64,000 nucleotides of DNA from a virus (taxonomy: Duplodnaviria; Caudoviricetes): IMG/VR virus record IMGVR_UViG_3300002597_000001, positions 44,779-108,778 of that record; one strand, given 5' to 3'. Of the stretch, positions 10,099 through 20,457 are shown piece by piece. A program made the translations under genes and the position numbers. Below the pieces are notes generated by a model, which saw only the letters and a list, made by a program, of their open reading frames with translations, searched no databases and was not told the DNA's origin. Positions within the stretch are counted from its first letter, which is position 1; each line of letters opens with the position of its first letter.

Positions 10099-10429
10099 GT
10101 GGAATGTTTGGGTGGGGAACTGGAATCGCAAGACCGTTGAACCGCATAACATTTTCGATCATGGCGGGTTTTCGGAAGACTGCCGCAAGATATATAACAA
10201 ATACGGCAAAGGAAGGAACCCCGACAAGGGGTCGTTCCTCGAAGAAATCCGCCAGAGCTTAATGTATTACTATTGGAGCAAGTCAGAGTGGGAGATCGTA
10301 TTACAGCATTGGCCTCCGTATTCAGACGGAGACGGGGAAAAGATCGATGTATATCAGCAAGTTAGGATGAACTGGAATCAGTTCTGCGAATACCTGTGGG
10401 ACCACCGGTCCAGTCTAAACTATTTTTAA
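10088..10429 (+). CDS. hypothetical phage protein
   Basis: ATG 10088; YYWSKSEWE..KIDVY.Q...NW. Confidence 0.65.
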   Translation: MGLEWNVWVGNWNRKTVEPHNIFDHGGFSEDCRKIYNKYGKGRNPDKGSFLEEIRQSLMYYYWSKSEWEIVLQHWPPYSDGDGEKIDVYQQVRMNWNQFCEYLWDHRSSLNYF

Positions 10430-10438
10430 GGAGAGATA

Positions 10439-10645
10439 ATGAGACTCTTTGAAATCGAAGCGGACTACCGCCCGAACAATCAGGACAAGCCGCGCTATTA
10501 TGTGCTGGCAAAATCCAAGAGTGATGCGAAGCGTAAGTTTAAGAACCGTATAACATGGCTTGACATTTATGGTTGCGAAGAAGTCACGGACGAAGCTCAG
10601 GCCACCTATATTTATGATCACCCAGAGAAATATATCCTGTGCTAG
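10439..10645 (+). CDS. hypothetical protein
   Basis: AAGGAG RBS. Confidence 0.6.
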   Translation: MRLFEIEADYRPNNQDKPRYYVLAKSKSDAKRKFKNRITWLDIYGCEEVTDEAQATYIYDHPEKYILC

Positions 10646-10650
10646 GAGGA

Positions 10651-11184
10651 ATGCAAGTGAATCGAGTTGGAAAGTTTAGCAAAGTTTCATACGATCAGTG
10701 GGCGGCGGCGATTAGATCGCAGACCGACGCCATTACCGAGGATGCAATTCTCGACCTGTATCACCAGATTAAGTTGCCTCAGCGAGCAACGGCAGGAAGC
10801 GCCGGTTATGATATATACTCTCCGATTTGGGTAAGTCTGGAGTGTGGAGAATCTATCAAAATCCCGACCGGCATTCGCTGTGAGATGGACGAAGGTTGGG
10901 TGCTGACGATCTATCCAAGAAGCGGACTTGGAACAAAGCATAGATTTGTGCCGGACAACCTTGTTGGAGTTGTGGATGAGGATTATTTTTATTCCGACAA
11001 CGAGGGGCATATCTGGTGCATGATGACCTATAACGGTCATGAAGATCGCGAGAATAGAACACTGGAGATCAATCGCGGCGACGCTATTGCTCAGGCAATC
11101 TTCCTGCCGTATGGAATCACGAAAGATGATAACGCCACCGGCGTTCGCAACGGCGGGTTCGGAAGTACTGGAGGTGCCCAGTGA
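10651..11184 (+). CDS. dut: trimeric dUTPase
   Basis: SAGYD, PRSG, GVVDEDY, IAQ and RNGGFGSTG motifs. Confidence 0.93.
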   Translation: MQVNRVGKFSKVSYDQWAAAIRSQTDAITEDAILDLYHQIKLPQRATAGSAGYDIYSPIWVSLECGESIKIPTGIRCEMDEGWVLTIYPRSGLGTKHRFVPDNLVGVVDEDYFYSDNEGHIWCMMTYNGHEDRENRTLEINRGDAIAQAIFLPYGITKDDNATGVRNGGFGSTGGAQ

Positions 11185-11864
11185 CAAGAGTTGAAATACA
11201 CAAGCAGTTCTGCGATGGGCTTTCTGATTTGTATGCCGCGAAGAATGCGGACTATGGTGACAGCTATGCCAAACTCCGGGCTAAATATCCTGAGAGCATC
11301 TGCATCAGACTTGAGGACAAGCTATCGCGGCTAGAGCAGTTGATGAAGCCGGGATATGAGGCACAGATAAAAGATGAGAGTATCTGCGACACTCTTCGAG
11401 ATCTTGCCAACTACAGCCTCATGGAACTCACTGAGCGGGAATATGAGAAGCAGAATTGCAATATTGCTCAGGATGATAATCAGGAAACAGATTGGGATGA
11501 ATTTGTTCCTGTCTGGTCGCTCGATCAGGATGGTGTCACTGAGAGATACAACATCAGCGGCGGGCTGAATGATATTGAGCTGACTTATGACAAAGACACT
11601 GATATGTATGAGTTGTGGGTGGAGACCCTCTACGACTTCGAGAATAAAAAGTCCATCATCCGCTGGCTGGACAACATGGAAGTTGCGCTGTGGAAATATG
11701 TAAATGCGGCGGAGCCTGACGTTACATATAAAATCACTCTGGAAGACGCCCTCAATATCTCAAACACATTTACGGGGAAGACCATGCATGAGTGTGCTGA
11801 AAAGTTTTCGTTCCGCGTGAGCTGCATTGTAGACTTCTTGGAGGGCAACGATAGTGATTTGTGA
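11181..11864 (+). CDS. DUF1599/nucleotide-modification-associated domain protein with C-terminal extension
   Basis: KNADYGDS...RLEDKLSR...ESICDTLRDLANY. Confidence 0.8.
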   Translation: MTRVEIHKQFCDGLSDLYAAKNADYGDSYAKLRAKYPESICIRLEDKLSRLEQLMKPGYEAQIKDESICDTLRDLANYSLMELTEREYEKQNCNIAQDDNQETDWDEFVPVWSLDQDGVTERYNISGGLNDIELTYDKDTDMYELWVETLYDFENKKSIIRWLDNMEVALWKYVNAAEPDVTYKITLEDALNISNTFTGKTMHECAEKFSFRVSCIVDFLEGNDSDL

Positions 11865-12063
11865 TAGATGCGATGGCGGTGTTTATCTTGACGGATTTGC
11901 AGTAACTAAATGCAAGGTCTGCGGTTACAAAATTGTGACCCCGCATACACCGGGTGGGAGGGTTTGCCCCTCCTGCTCGGTAACGCAGGGGCTGTGTGAA
12001 CAGTGCGGCGAGAAACTAGAGGAGGTGCCTGATGGCGAAAACAATTTATCTGCCAGACGGTGA
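11854..12063 (+). CDS. small Cys-rich protein
   Basis: Four CxxC pairs. Confidence 0.55.
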   Translation: MICDRCDGGVYLDGFAVTKCKVCGYKIVTPHTPGGRVCPSCSVTQGLCEQCGEKLEEVPDGENNLSARR

Positions 12064-12208
12064 GAGCTGGACGGTGTTTGGAGAAATCGATGCGGAGCGC
12101 AGCCTACGGCGAATCATCCAAGAATACTTGGGTGATGATTGCGTCGAACTGTTGGACGATGTGATTGCAGAGGCCTTCGAGCGTGGTGCTTGTTATGAGC
12201 CGGAATAA
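12032..12208 (+). CDS. hypothetical protein (58 aa, not in the ORF track)
   Basis: GGAGGTG RBS; MAKTIYLPDG...YEPE* fills the gap between neighbours. Confidence 0.55.
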   Translation: MAKTIYLPDGESWTVFGEIDAERSLRRIIQEYLGDDCVELLDDVIAEAFERGACYEPE

Positions 12209-12232
12209 AAGACCAGTTTGGTGAGGTGAACT

Positions 12233-12580
12233 ATGGCAAAACATAAGAATTGCCCGAACTGTGCGGCTCCATATGACCCGGCTCTGAGCAAGTGTCCATA
12301 CTGCGGGACGATCTACTTTGATATGTCTGTGATTGACTTCGATCATCATGAGCCATTCTGGCTGAAGATCCGTGTGGATGGGTGCGAGATCACCCAATTC
12401 GTTGTGCCAGAGATGGGGGAGATGACAATCAGTCATAGTCCTGTTTACTGTGATTGGTCCGGGCAGAGGAAGATGGTGTTTGGTGGTCCCCCAGATGTGA
12501 CCACGGACATTTCGTTCCATGCGGTTGCTGCACCAGACACAAATATAATGGCTACAGTAACCAGAATTGGAGGTACATAA
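12233..12580 (+). CDS. Zn-ribbon hypothetical protein
   Basis: CPNC...CPYC; GAGGTG RBS. Confidence 0.65.
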   Translation: MAKHKNCPNCAAPYDPALSKCPYCGTIYFDMSVIDFDHHEPFWLKIRVDGCEITQFVVPEMGEMTISHSPVYCDWSGQRKMVFGGPPDVTTDISFHAVAAPDTNIMATVTRIGGT

Positions 12581-12976
12581 ATGAGAAATATAATTCCTTT
12601 TGATCTGACTCAGAAAACCGAGGAGCTGCGGCAACTCATTCTCAACAACCCAGATCTGCCCATCGTGGTGCTGGCAGGTGAAGAGGCCAACTGCGGAGGA
12701 GATTACTATTGGATGTATTGCTCCAGCATTAGCTTTCGTATTACAGAAATCCTGGATTGCGAGACCCCATATAGTGACTGCGTATGTTCAGACAGAGATA
12801 GCTTCGAGGAGGACTTCGAGGAGTGGCTCTGGGATGAGATGGCCACAGAACTGAGAGATCGCGGCATCTCTGATGCAGAGCCAAGCGAGGATGAGTTTCA
12901 GGCGCGGCTAAAAGAAGAGAAGGAGAGGTACGGGCCGTATTGGAAGAAGGTGATTGCTATCTATGCAGACAACTAA
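12581..12976 (+). CDS. hypothetical acidic protein
   Basis: GGAGG RBS; operon context. Confidence 0.65.
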   Translation: MRNIIPFDLTQKTEELRQLILNNPDLPIVVLAGEEANCGGDYYWMYCSSISFRITEILDCETPYSDCVCSDRDSFEEDFEEWLWDEMATELRDRGISDAEPSEDEFQARLKEEKERYGPYWKKVIAIYADN

Positions 12977-13024
12977 GTGGATCAATGTTGACGATAGATT
13001 GCCAGATCCGCCGGAGGTGAAGTA

Positions 13025-13369
13025 ATGGCAGTAGCCTTTATCGCTGGGATATTAGTTGGAGGGGGTTTGTGCTCTGTTTTCTGGATTATCCAAAAACAAA
13101 AGCAAAGCACGACAGACATGCTGGAACGCACACATTTTGTTGAGATACAGGAAGCACCTGTGGTTACGCTTATGGCTGAATCGGCTTTTGCTATAGAGGA
13201 CATGGATCGGTATGGCGAGGATACAGTTAGTAGGTTTGCCCGAGAGAGCGTTATGAGAAAAATAACAGATGATCTGGAGAATTATGTGAGATTTGAAACC
13301 TACGAAGACCCGTGTGCGCATACTGTAACACTTCGCGGATCGATACGCGTTGCACAACCACAGATATAA
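13025..13369 (+). CDS. hypothetical protein with N-terminal membrane anchor
   Basis: GGAGGTG RBS; hydrophobic N-terminus. Confidence 0.6.
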   Translation: MAVAFIAGILVGGGLCSVFWIIQKQKQSTTDMLERTHFVEIQEAPVVTLMAESAFAIEDMDRYGEDTVSRFARESVMRKITDDLENYVRFETYEDPCAHTVTLRGSIRVAQPQI

Positions 13370-13378
13370 AACCCGAAT

Positions 13379-13657
13379 TTGATGGGAGGCAAAATGGACA
13401 AAGTTAAAGTTATCACCGTCACTAAGCAGGAACGAATGCACATGTTTTATTGTGACGAGTGCGGAGAATTTATACAACACCAGCTCGAATATGATGACGG
13501 ATGGACTCCTGAGCCTTCTGGTTTCGAAGCGAAGATATGCATCGGGAAGACGTGGTATGTATACAAGAAAAGGCACCTATGTGAAGAATGCAGAGAGCAT
13601 GCTTGGATTAATCTTGTAGAAAAGCTACAAGCAATAGGATTCGAGGTGGAAGATTAG
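13379..13657 (+). CDS. Zn-binding hypothetical protein
   Basis: CDEC...LCEEC. Confidence 0.6.
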   Translation: MMGGKMDKVKVITVTKQERMHMFYCDECGEFIQHQLEYDDGWTPEPSGFEAKICIGKTWYVYKKRHLCEECREHAWINLVEKLQAIGFEVED

Positions 13658-13993
13658 ATGGGTTTTGAGAATGCAACCCCGTTGTCTGTTGTGGCTTATG
13701 ACAGCGAGACGGGAGAACGAGTGATGGGATTTGATTTGGCGAGTTGTCCAGACATTACTTGCGAGACGCAGACAGTTCCAAGCGATTATATCTCAGGACT
13801 AAATGAATTGTCTGGTGGATTCACAATGACCATTACATATCCGAAATTTTCTCGCAAGCGATTTATAAAGAAGCTGATGGGAATTGGAGTTCCTAGAAAT
13901 GCGGCAAATAAATATGCGAGATACTGCGCTGAAACCAGAAGTCCATACGGGCGGCAATGGAACCGGATTTGTTGGATGGGTATATTTGGATAA
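13658..13993 (+). CDS. hypothetical protein
   Basis: GAGGTG RBS; operon context. Confidence 0.6.
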   Translation: MGFENATPLSVVAYDSETGERVMGFDLASCPDITCETQTVPSDYISGLNELSGGFTMTITYPKFSRKRFIKKLMGIGVPRNAANKYARYCAETRSPYGRQWNRICWMGIFG

Positions 13994-14005
13994 TTAAAGG
14001 GGGAA

Positions 14006-15949
14006 ATGCCTACGGATAAGGCGAAATTGAGAGAGTTGATCTTGAGGGCCAAGGAGAAGCTTGGAGACCAGAATGCTGAGATTATTGCCGAGTCCTACGG
14101 CGTCGCTCAGTGGAATCCAAATAAACTGAATGGGTTGTGCCCATTCCATAATGAATCACATCCCAGTTTTAGTTATAACAGGAAAGACTATTCCGCTCAT
14201 TGTTTCAGCTGTGGAGAGTCTACGGATGTTATTCGCGCCCTGATGGATGGTCAAAACCTGAGTTTCGTTGACGCGGCTAAAAAGCTATTTGAGATGGCTG
14301 AGATGGATGTGCTGTGGGACAAGGTTCATGTGGATAGGAAATATAGGTACCCACACGAGGAGCAGGAACCAGCAGAGGATGTCATTGATTATTTGGGTTG
14401 GCGAAAGATCTCCGAAGATACAATACGAAAATGTGGGATTCAGTCCGATGGCAAAGGCAATATCGCGTTTCCTTATCGTGATGAAAATAACCAACTTCTC
14501 ACCATGAAATACCGTCCTGCACGGAAGGTTAATAAGGATAACGGAGAACAAAAAAGCTGGGTGCAGAAAGACACAGACACAACTCCGATCCTATTCAATA
14601 TGAATAGGTGCAATCCAGATTATCCTCTCGTGATCTGCGAAGGGGAAATTGATTGCCTATCCGTGTATGAAGCAGGGTGGAAAAATGTTGTAAGTATCCC
14701 CTTTGGGGCGCAATCCATGACGTTTATAGACCGTTGTTATGATTGGCTGGATATGTACAAAGAGATTATTCTCGCCGGAGACATGGATGAAGCTGGTCAG
14801 AAATTCAACAAAGAAGCGACGACCAGACTTGGAGCATGGCGTTGTAAGACCATGGAAATCCCAGATAAGTATATGGGTCACATCGCGCAGCTCGACAGAG
14901 ATATCAAGGATATCAATGAGGTGCTTTTCTATTTTGGGAAAGATGCCGTCATGGATATGATCCATAATGCTCGTGAGACACCTATTGCGTCAGTTGTAGA
15001 CATCATGGATGTCAAACCAGTGGATTTGCAAGAGCTTGATGGAGTTACTACTGGCATCAAACCGTTAGATAAGATGCTTGGCAAACTTTATTATGGGACC
15101 GTCACTTTGGTCTCTGGAAAGGCCGCATCCGGTAAATCTAGTTTAGTCAGCACAATTCTCTGTAATGCTATGGACGCAGGAATAAACTCGTGGATTTATT
15201 CTGGAGAATTGAATGAACAAACAAACCGTAACTGGATTGATTACATATTTGCTGGCCCGAGAAATGTGAGTCAAAGCAACGCTCCTGACGGCTCTGATTA
15301 TTATCAGATTAACCCAGGTGTGTCAAATAAAATAAGCAAAGCCTATAGGGGTCGATGCTTTATCTATAAAGATGGTCAAACATCTGACATTGATTCGCTG
15401 CTCAAATCTGCGGAGGATGTGGTTCGGAGATATGATTGTAAGGTTCTTGTATTAGACAATCTTATGACAATCATGGATTCTAGCGATGAGGAACTGGAAT
15501 CTCAGAAAAACATCATGGTCAAAACCGTAGCTTTTGCTACAAAATATAACGTGGCGATTCTATTGGTGTGCCATCTCCGTAAAGTCGCAAAGGGACAACA
15601 GATTACGCTCGATGACATTAGCGGAACTGCGAAATTGGGCAATCTGTGCCACCGAAATATCACGTTGGCAAGGATCACGGATGAAGAAAAAAGCGGCGAA
15701 GCTGAATATTCTCATACACCCAAGGAGTTACTTAAATATGATGTTCAGATTTCGTGTTCAAAAGACCGCATGAGAGGTAAGGTGGGCTCTATAGGGGTCT
15801 GGTACGATACTTGGAGCCGGAGGTTCTATAGCAGCCCAGAAGAATATGATCGAGTATATTCGTGGGATAAGAAGAAATATGATGAACCACTGGATTGGCC
15901 ACACGCCGACACCAATGATGTGTTGGGGCCAGAGCAAGGGGGTGCTTGA
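14006..15949 (+). CDS. primase-helicase (CHC2 Zn finger + Toprim + SF4 helicase)
   Basis: CPFH...CFSC, ICEGEIDCLS, GDMDEAG, Walker A GKAASGKS, LDNL, HLRK. Confidence 0.92.
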   Translation: MPTDKAKLRELILRAKEKLGDQNAEIIAESYGVAQWNPNKLNGLCPFHNESHPSFSYNRKDYSAHCFSCGESTDVIRALMDGQNLSFVDAAKKLFEMAEMDVLWDKVHVDRKYRYPHEEQEPAEDVIDYLGWRKISEDTIRKCGIQSDGKGNIAFPYRDENNQLLTMKYRPARKVNKDNGEQKSWVQKDTDTTPILFNMNRCNPDYPLVICEGEIDCLSVYEAGWKNVVSIPFGAQSMTFIDRCYDWLDMYKEIILAGDMDEAGQKFNKEATTRLGAWRCKTMEIPDKYMGHIAQLDRDIKDINEVLFYFGKDAVMDMIHNARETPIASVVDIMDVKPVDLQELDGVTTGIKPLDKMLGKLYYGTVTLVSGKAASGKSSLVSTILCNAMDAGINSWIYSGELNEQTNRNWIDYIFAGPRNVSQSNAPDGSDYYQINPGVSNKISKAYRGRCFIYKDGQTSDIDSLLKSAEDVVRRYDCKVLVLDNLMTIMDSSDEELESQKNIMVKTVAFATKYNVAILLVCHLRKVAKGQQITLDDISGTAKLGNLCHRNITLARITDEEKSGEAEYSHTPKELLKYDVQISCSKDRMRGKVGSIGVWYDTWSRRFYSSPEEYDRVYSWDKKKYDEPLDWPHADTNDVLGPEQGGA

Positions 15950-18900
15950 TGCCTAATATCGTACAACTTCACAACCATACAGACATCAGTCTTCTCGACT
16001 CTGCTACTAAAACTTCCGACTACATAGCAAAGTGTCTCGAATATGGACAGACCGCTCTCGCCATCACTAATCATGGATACCTCAAGAACTGGGTCGAGAA
16101 CAAAATCCTCTGTGACAAAGCTGGAATCAAGTACATCCACGGTGTGGAAACGTACATCACGAAGACATTGCTTCAGCCTGTGGACGGCGAGATGAAGAAA
16201 GTCCGTGACAATATGCACTGTATTCTTCTTGCCAAGAACTATGACGGAGTATTGGAACTCAATCAGCTTATCAGCACAGCTTGCGATGATGATCACTTTT
16301 ATTTCGCGCCGAGAATCAGCGGGCAGGAATTCATCAATCTCTCTGATAACATAATCGCTTTGTCAGCCTGTCTGGCTGGCCCTCTCAACAAGCTGGACCC
16401 AGATGACGAAATGTTCCTGCCTATCCTAAAGCGCATGGACTATTTGGAGATCCAGCCTCACAACTGCCAGTCTCAGGCAGATTACAATATATGGCTTGCG
16501 AGTCTCGCTCAGAAGTATCACAAGCCCCTAGTTGCCACAACAGATTCCCACAGCTCTGATTACTATAAGAATGAGTGCCGGGACATTCTGATGCTATATA
16601 AAGGTCAGCACTATGAGTCCGAAGACGAGTTGGATCTCGTATTCAAAAGCTATGACCAGATGGTAGAAGCCTTCCGTGTGCAAGATGCACTCCCAGAGAA
16701 ACTGTGGATGGAGGCTATTGAGAACACCAATGATATTGCGGATTCAGTGGAGGACTTCGGACTGGACTTCTCTATGAAATACCCCATCTTATACGGGAGT
16801 CCGGAAGCAGATGAGGAGGCGTATCGCAAAAACGTCTGGTCCGGCCTTGATGATAAGCTGAGAAAGGGCATCATCCCCAAAGAAGAGGAAGCCCAGTATA
16901 GAGAGGACGCCGCTTACGAACTGGAGGTGTTCTCAAAAATAGGAATGGCAGGCTTCATGCAGGCCGAATCTGAAATCATCTCCTGGTGTAAGGAACAGGG
17001 AATGCCCATTGGTCCGTCCCGTGGATCTGTGGCCGGAAGCCGCTGTGCCTATCTGACAGACATCATCGATCTGGACCCCGTAAGGTGGAACACAAACTTC
17101 GCTCGTTTTGCGAATTCCGACCGTATCGTGGCTGGTGATATCGATGTGGATTGTCGTGAAAAAGACCGCCCTAAAATCTTTCAACACATCATTGAAAAAT
17201 TCGGGCGCGACAAAGTGGCGCGAGTCAGTTCATTTGGGACCCTTCAAGACAAGGGGACAATTAAGTTGATTGTCGGAGCGTTGGGAAAGCGTTGGAAAAT
17301 AGAACACGAGGCTGAAGATGAGGGCAAATATACGCTCAAGTATGCAGAGTCTATAATAAAAGAATACGAGGCAGACCCTGATAGTTGCCGCACAGCGCAC
17401 CCGGATATATTCTATTACTTCGACGGTTTAGTCGGTACATATATATCACAGTCATTCCACCCGGCAGGCGTTATCATCTCACCAATCACGTTACCAGATC
17501 ACTATGGGACATTCATCAAAGATGGAGAAGTGGTTCTGAATCTGGATATGCTCTGGAGCCACGAGATCGAATTGGTGAAATTCGACATGCTTGTGCTCCG
17601 AAACATCGATATCATCTTCGATACTTGTAAATTGGCGGGGATCCCATACCCAAAGAGCCATGAGGTCAACTGGGATGACGAAAAGGTCTGGGAGAACATG
17701 ATTCAAAGCCCGGTTGGGGTATTCCAGATGGAGGGAGATTACGCATTCCAGTGCCTGAAGAAGTATAAGCCACACTCCATCTATGATATGTCCCTTGTAA
17801 CCGCGAGTATCAGACCGTCAGGTGCGTCATACAGGGATCAGGTCATGGAGCACAAGATGAACAAGAACCCAACGCCGCTTATTGATGAGATTTTTAAGGA
17901 CAGCCTTGGATACTGCGTCTATCAGGAGCAGGTTATTGCGTTCCTTCAACAGGCTTGTGGGTTCCCAGGTTCCAAAGCCGACACAGTGCGTCGTGCAATT
18001 GCAGATAAAGATCCTGCTAAATTGGAGTCCATGATGCAGGATGTGATTGATGGATACTGTGAGCTGTCGGACAAACCTAGAGCAGAAGCTGAGGAAGAGG
18101 TCAAGGATTTCGTACAAGTCCTGCGTGATGCATCTGGATACTCATTTGGTTATAACCATAGCGTCGGCTATAGCATGATTGGCTATTTGTGTACGATGCT
18201 TCGGACATATTATCCATATGAATTCATCGTGGCATTGCTCAATAATGCAGCCAATGAATCAGATGTGGCAAATGCCAAATCGCTTGCCTCTCAGCTCCAT
18301 ATCAAAATCCTTCCACCGAAGTACGGCGTCTCCTCAGACACATATGTGTTCAACAAGGACACCAAAGAAATTGCAAAAGGGGCCGCAGACATCAAATATG
18401 TCGGCAAAAAGGTTGCGCTTGCCTTATATAAGATGGCCCACGATGGAAAGCAACGGGCATTCGTGGATGTGATTCTGGATTCCACAAATGGCATCCGCGA
18501 TATGAACAAACGTCGCATGGACGCTCTTATTTCAGTCGGCTATTTCTCAGACTTTGGTAATATTTCCGAGCTATCAAGAATCTACAGCATGGTGGAGGAA
18601 TTCAAATTTGGCGAGACCAAGTCCTACAAATGCGACAAAGTTGGCGAACGCCTAAAGTTCATCGAAAAGTACGCCAGCAACCTAAAAAAGGACGGCACCC
18701 CCGGAAGCTCATACAAGTTTGAGTCCAAAGATGCCGTCATAGCATTCCTGCGAGAGGCTGAGCAAGTGATTCTTTCGCTCGGAATCCCTGATGTTTCCTT
18801 CAAAGTGAAGGCCGAGAATCAGCAGGAGTATCTCGGATATATAGATCTGGTCACTGGCCGCGAGGAAGACCGCCGTAAACTCTACATCATGGACTACTAT

Positions 18901-19116
18901 GAGATTATGAACAAGTGGGGCGGCAAGGGCGTGTGGAAGGTGCGCATTAAAACCAGATCGATTGGCTCCGGCAAGGAAGCCTCACTAAGTTTGTCTCCAG
19001 TATTGGTCCAGAGAAATCCTATAGAGAAGGGGAGTGTCATTGAGGTCAAAGAAGAATGGCTCTCGCTCGACAAGGGTCAGTACTGGGTTCTATATAAATA
19101 CAAAGTTATAGAGTAG
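15946..19116 (+). CDS. dnaE: DNA polymerase III alpha subunit (family C)
   Basis: PHP motifs HNHT, TNHG, TTDSH; RGSVAGS, GDIDVD, HPAG, KFD.L, YQEQ, YSFGYNH. Confidence 0.95.
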   Translation: MMPNIVQLHNHTDISLLDSATKTSDYIAKCLEYGQTALAITNHGYLKNWVENKILCDKAGIKYIHGVETYITKTLLQPVDGEMKKVRDNMHCILLAKNYDGVLELNQLISTACDDDHFYFAPRISGQEFINLSDNIIALSACLAGPLNKLDPDDEMFLPILKRMDYLEIQPHNCQSQADYNIWLASLAQKYHKPLVATTDSHSSDYYKNECRDILMLYKGQHYESEDELDLVFKSYDQMVEAFRVQDALPEKLWMEAIENTNDIADSVEDFGLDFSMKYPILYGSPEADEEAYRKNVWSGLDDKLRKGIIPKEEEAQYREDAAYELEVFSKIGMAGFMQAESEIISWCKEQGMPIGPSRGSVAGSRCAYLTDIIDLDPVRWNTNFARFANSDRIVAGDIDVDCREKDRPKIFQHIIEKFGRDKVARVSSFGTLQDKGTIKLIVGALGKRWKIEHEAEDEGKYTLKYAESIIKEYEADPDSCRTAHPDIFYYFDGLVGTYISQSFHPAGVIISPITLPDHYGTFIKDGEVVLNLDMLWSHEIELVKFDMLVLRNIDIIFDTCKLAGIPYPKSHEVNWDDEKVWENMIQSPVGVFQMEGDYAFQCLKKYKPHSIYDMSLVTASIRPSGASYRDQVMEHKMNKNPTPLIDEIFKDSLGYCVYQEQVIAFLQQACGFPGSKADTVRRAIADKDPAKLESMMQDVIDGYCELSDKPRAEAEEEVKDFVQVLRDASGYSFGYNHSVGYSMIGYLCTMLRTYYPYEFIVALLNNAANESDVANAKSLASQLHIKILPPKYGVSSDTYVFNKDTKEIAKGAADIKYVGKKVALALYKMAHDGKQRAFVDVILDSTNGIRDMNKRRMDALISVGYFSDFGNISELSRIYSMVEEFKFGETKSYKCDKVGERLKFIEKYASNLKKDGTPGSSYKFESKDAVIAFLREAEQVILSLGIPDVSFKVKAENQQEYLGYIDLVTGREEDRRKLYIMDYYEIMNKWGGKGVWKVRIKTRSIGSGKEASLSLSPVLVQRNPIEKGSVIEVKEEWLSLDKGQYWVLYKYKVIE

Positions 19117-19121
19117 GAGGA

Positions 19122-19424
19122 ATGCTTACGAATAAGTTCGAACTAATTCAAACAGCTGCGGTCAGAGCCAACTTCACCCAGGCCGCGATGAAGAAGGCGC
19201 TCGAAGCAATCATGTCTACCATTGTGGACCATGTCTCTATTGGGGAGGATGTCAGGATTAATGACTTCGGCACCTTTTACCGTGATCACCGCAATGCACG
19301 TTTGGGCCGCAATCCAAGCACCAAAGAAGCGGTGCCAATCCCAGAACGCAATCTCCCGGCATTTAAGCCCGGGAAAGAGTTCATCCAAATCACCGCCGAG
19401 ATGTCTAAGCCGAGGGAACGATGA
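19122..19424 (+). CDS. hup: HU-family DNA-binding protein
   Basis: FGTF...R.GRNP.T...IP....PAFKPGK. Confidence 0.9.
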   Translation: MLTNKFELIQTAAVRANFTQAAMKKALEAIMSTIVDHVSIGEDVRINDFGTFYRDHRNARLGRNPSTKEAVPIPERNLPAFKPGKEFIQITAEMSKPRER

Positions 19425-19663
19425 TAGCATTTGAAGATTATTGTGTGGGGTGCCCACGAGAGATTGGGTGTTTAGGCCCATCCTGCCCGAACAAGAATGT
19501 CCCAGTTATTTACTGTGATAAATGTGGCTGTTATGCCGATTATAGATACGAGGGCAGTGACTACTGTGAAGACTGTTTGAATAATGTCTTACAGGAAGAG
19601 TTCAGTAATTTACTTATATCAGAGAAACTGGAAGCCATCGGCGGCGACTGGGATTACATATAG
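19421..19663 (+). CDS. Cys-rich hypothetical protein
   Basis: CVGC..C....C, CDKC, CEDC. Confidence 0.6.
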   Translation: MIAFEDYCVGCPREIGCLGPSCPNKNVPVIYCDKCGCYADYRYEGSDYCEDCLNNVLQEEFSNLLISEKLEAIGGDWDYI

Positions 19664-19673
19664 GAGGAATAAA

Positions 19674-20315
19674 ATGGCGAAGATTGAGAACGTAGAAGTA
19701 AACGGACTGGCGTCATCTATCTACAGAAGCGGATATCCTATGATGGATAGAGCGCCAACCAAAGACGAGTTTGATGAGGCCGTAGATCAGATTCAGCAGT
19801 GCATCGAGAGCGGCGATTGTGACAACCCACACATCAAAAGAGCCATTAAGCTGGCCACGGCGAAGGGCGGCGGACACGATCAGTTCTTGACAGGCATCAC
19901 GGTGAACTTTGACATGACCTTCAGTAATAAAGCTTGGGTTGAAGCAGAACGATACACATTTTTGAACTTCATTTCCAGCTTTAGCACAATGCATAGAATT
20001 GCAAAAATGAATATTGCTGACTGTTGTAATAGCTATGCATCGTATAATGCCATTGAGGAGGCAGAATACTGGCAGCACAAATACGAACAGATTGCGAATG
20101 AGCCATCAGCAACGCATGAATTAAAACTAGAAGCATACCGCATGCTCCTGTACAACTTGCCGGCGGCTTTCGAAGTTACTGCTGGCATGACAACGAATTA
20201 TCGTTGTTTGAAAAACATCTATGCACAGCGGCGCGACCACAGATTGCCCGACTGGCATGTGTTCTGCGACTGGGTAGAGACCCTCCCTTTGTCGCAGCTA
20301 ATTACGGGAAAATAA
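19674..20315 (+). CDS. ThyX/Thy1-like phage protein
   Basis: GHDQFL, W.EAERY, STMH, TNYRCLKNIY.QR..HRL.DW; the canonical ThyX RHR motif is degenerate. Confidence 0.55.
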   Translation: MAKIENVEVNGLASSIYRSGYPMMDRAPTKDEFDEAVDQIQQCIESGDCDNPHIKRAIKLATAKGGGHDQFLTGITVNFDMTFSNKAWVEAERYTFLNFISSFSTMHRIAKMNIADCCNSYASYNAIEEAEYWQHKYEQIANEPSATHELKLEAYRMLLYNLPAAFEVTAGMTTNYRCLKNIYAQRRDHRLPDWHVFCDWVETLPLSQLITGK

Positions 20316-20359
20316 ATCTCATTCAACCTATTGACAAATCTAGAATTATGTGCTATGAT
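20316..20359 (+). promoter_or_regulatory. sigma-A-type promoter of the tRNA/ncRNA operon
   Basis: TTGACA(20331)-17 bp-TATGAT(20354) with TGn; upstream motif is 18/20 identical to 1942-1961. Confidence 0.85.
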
Positions 20360-20368
20360 AATGGCGCA

Positions 20369-20453
20369 GGCGGTGAGTTGTTCTTTTTCGGTAGGAAATC
20401 TCATGTGCCCTAGATGAAGAATGGTGCGGGGCGGCGCACAATAATATCCGCCA
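20369..20453 (+). ncRNA. unidentified structured RNA A (three-way junction)
   Basis: GGCGG/CCGCC closing stem with UGAG/CUCA and UGUGC/GCACA arms; first element after the promoter. Confidence 0.45.
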
Positions 20454-20457
20454 ACAC

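Noticed and set aside
14006-19116. Inteins in primase-helicase or DnaE
   Set aside because: Normal lengths, contiguous motifs, no intein terminal signatures
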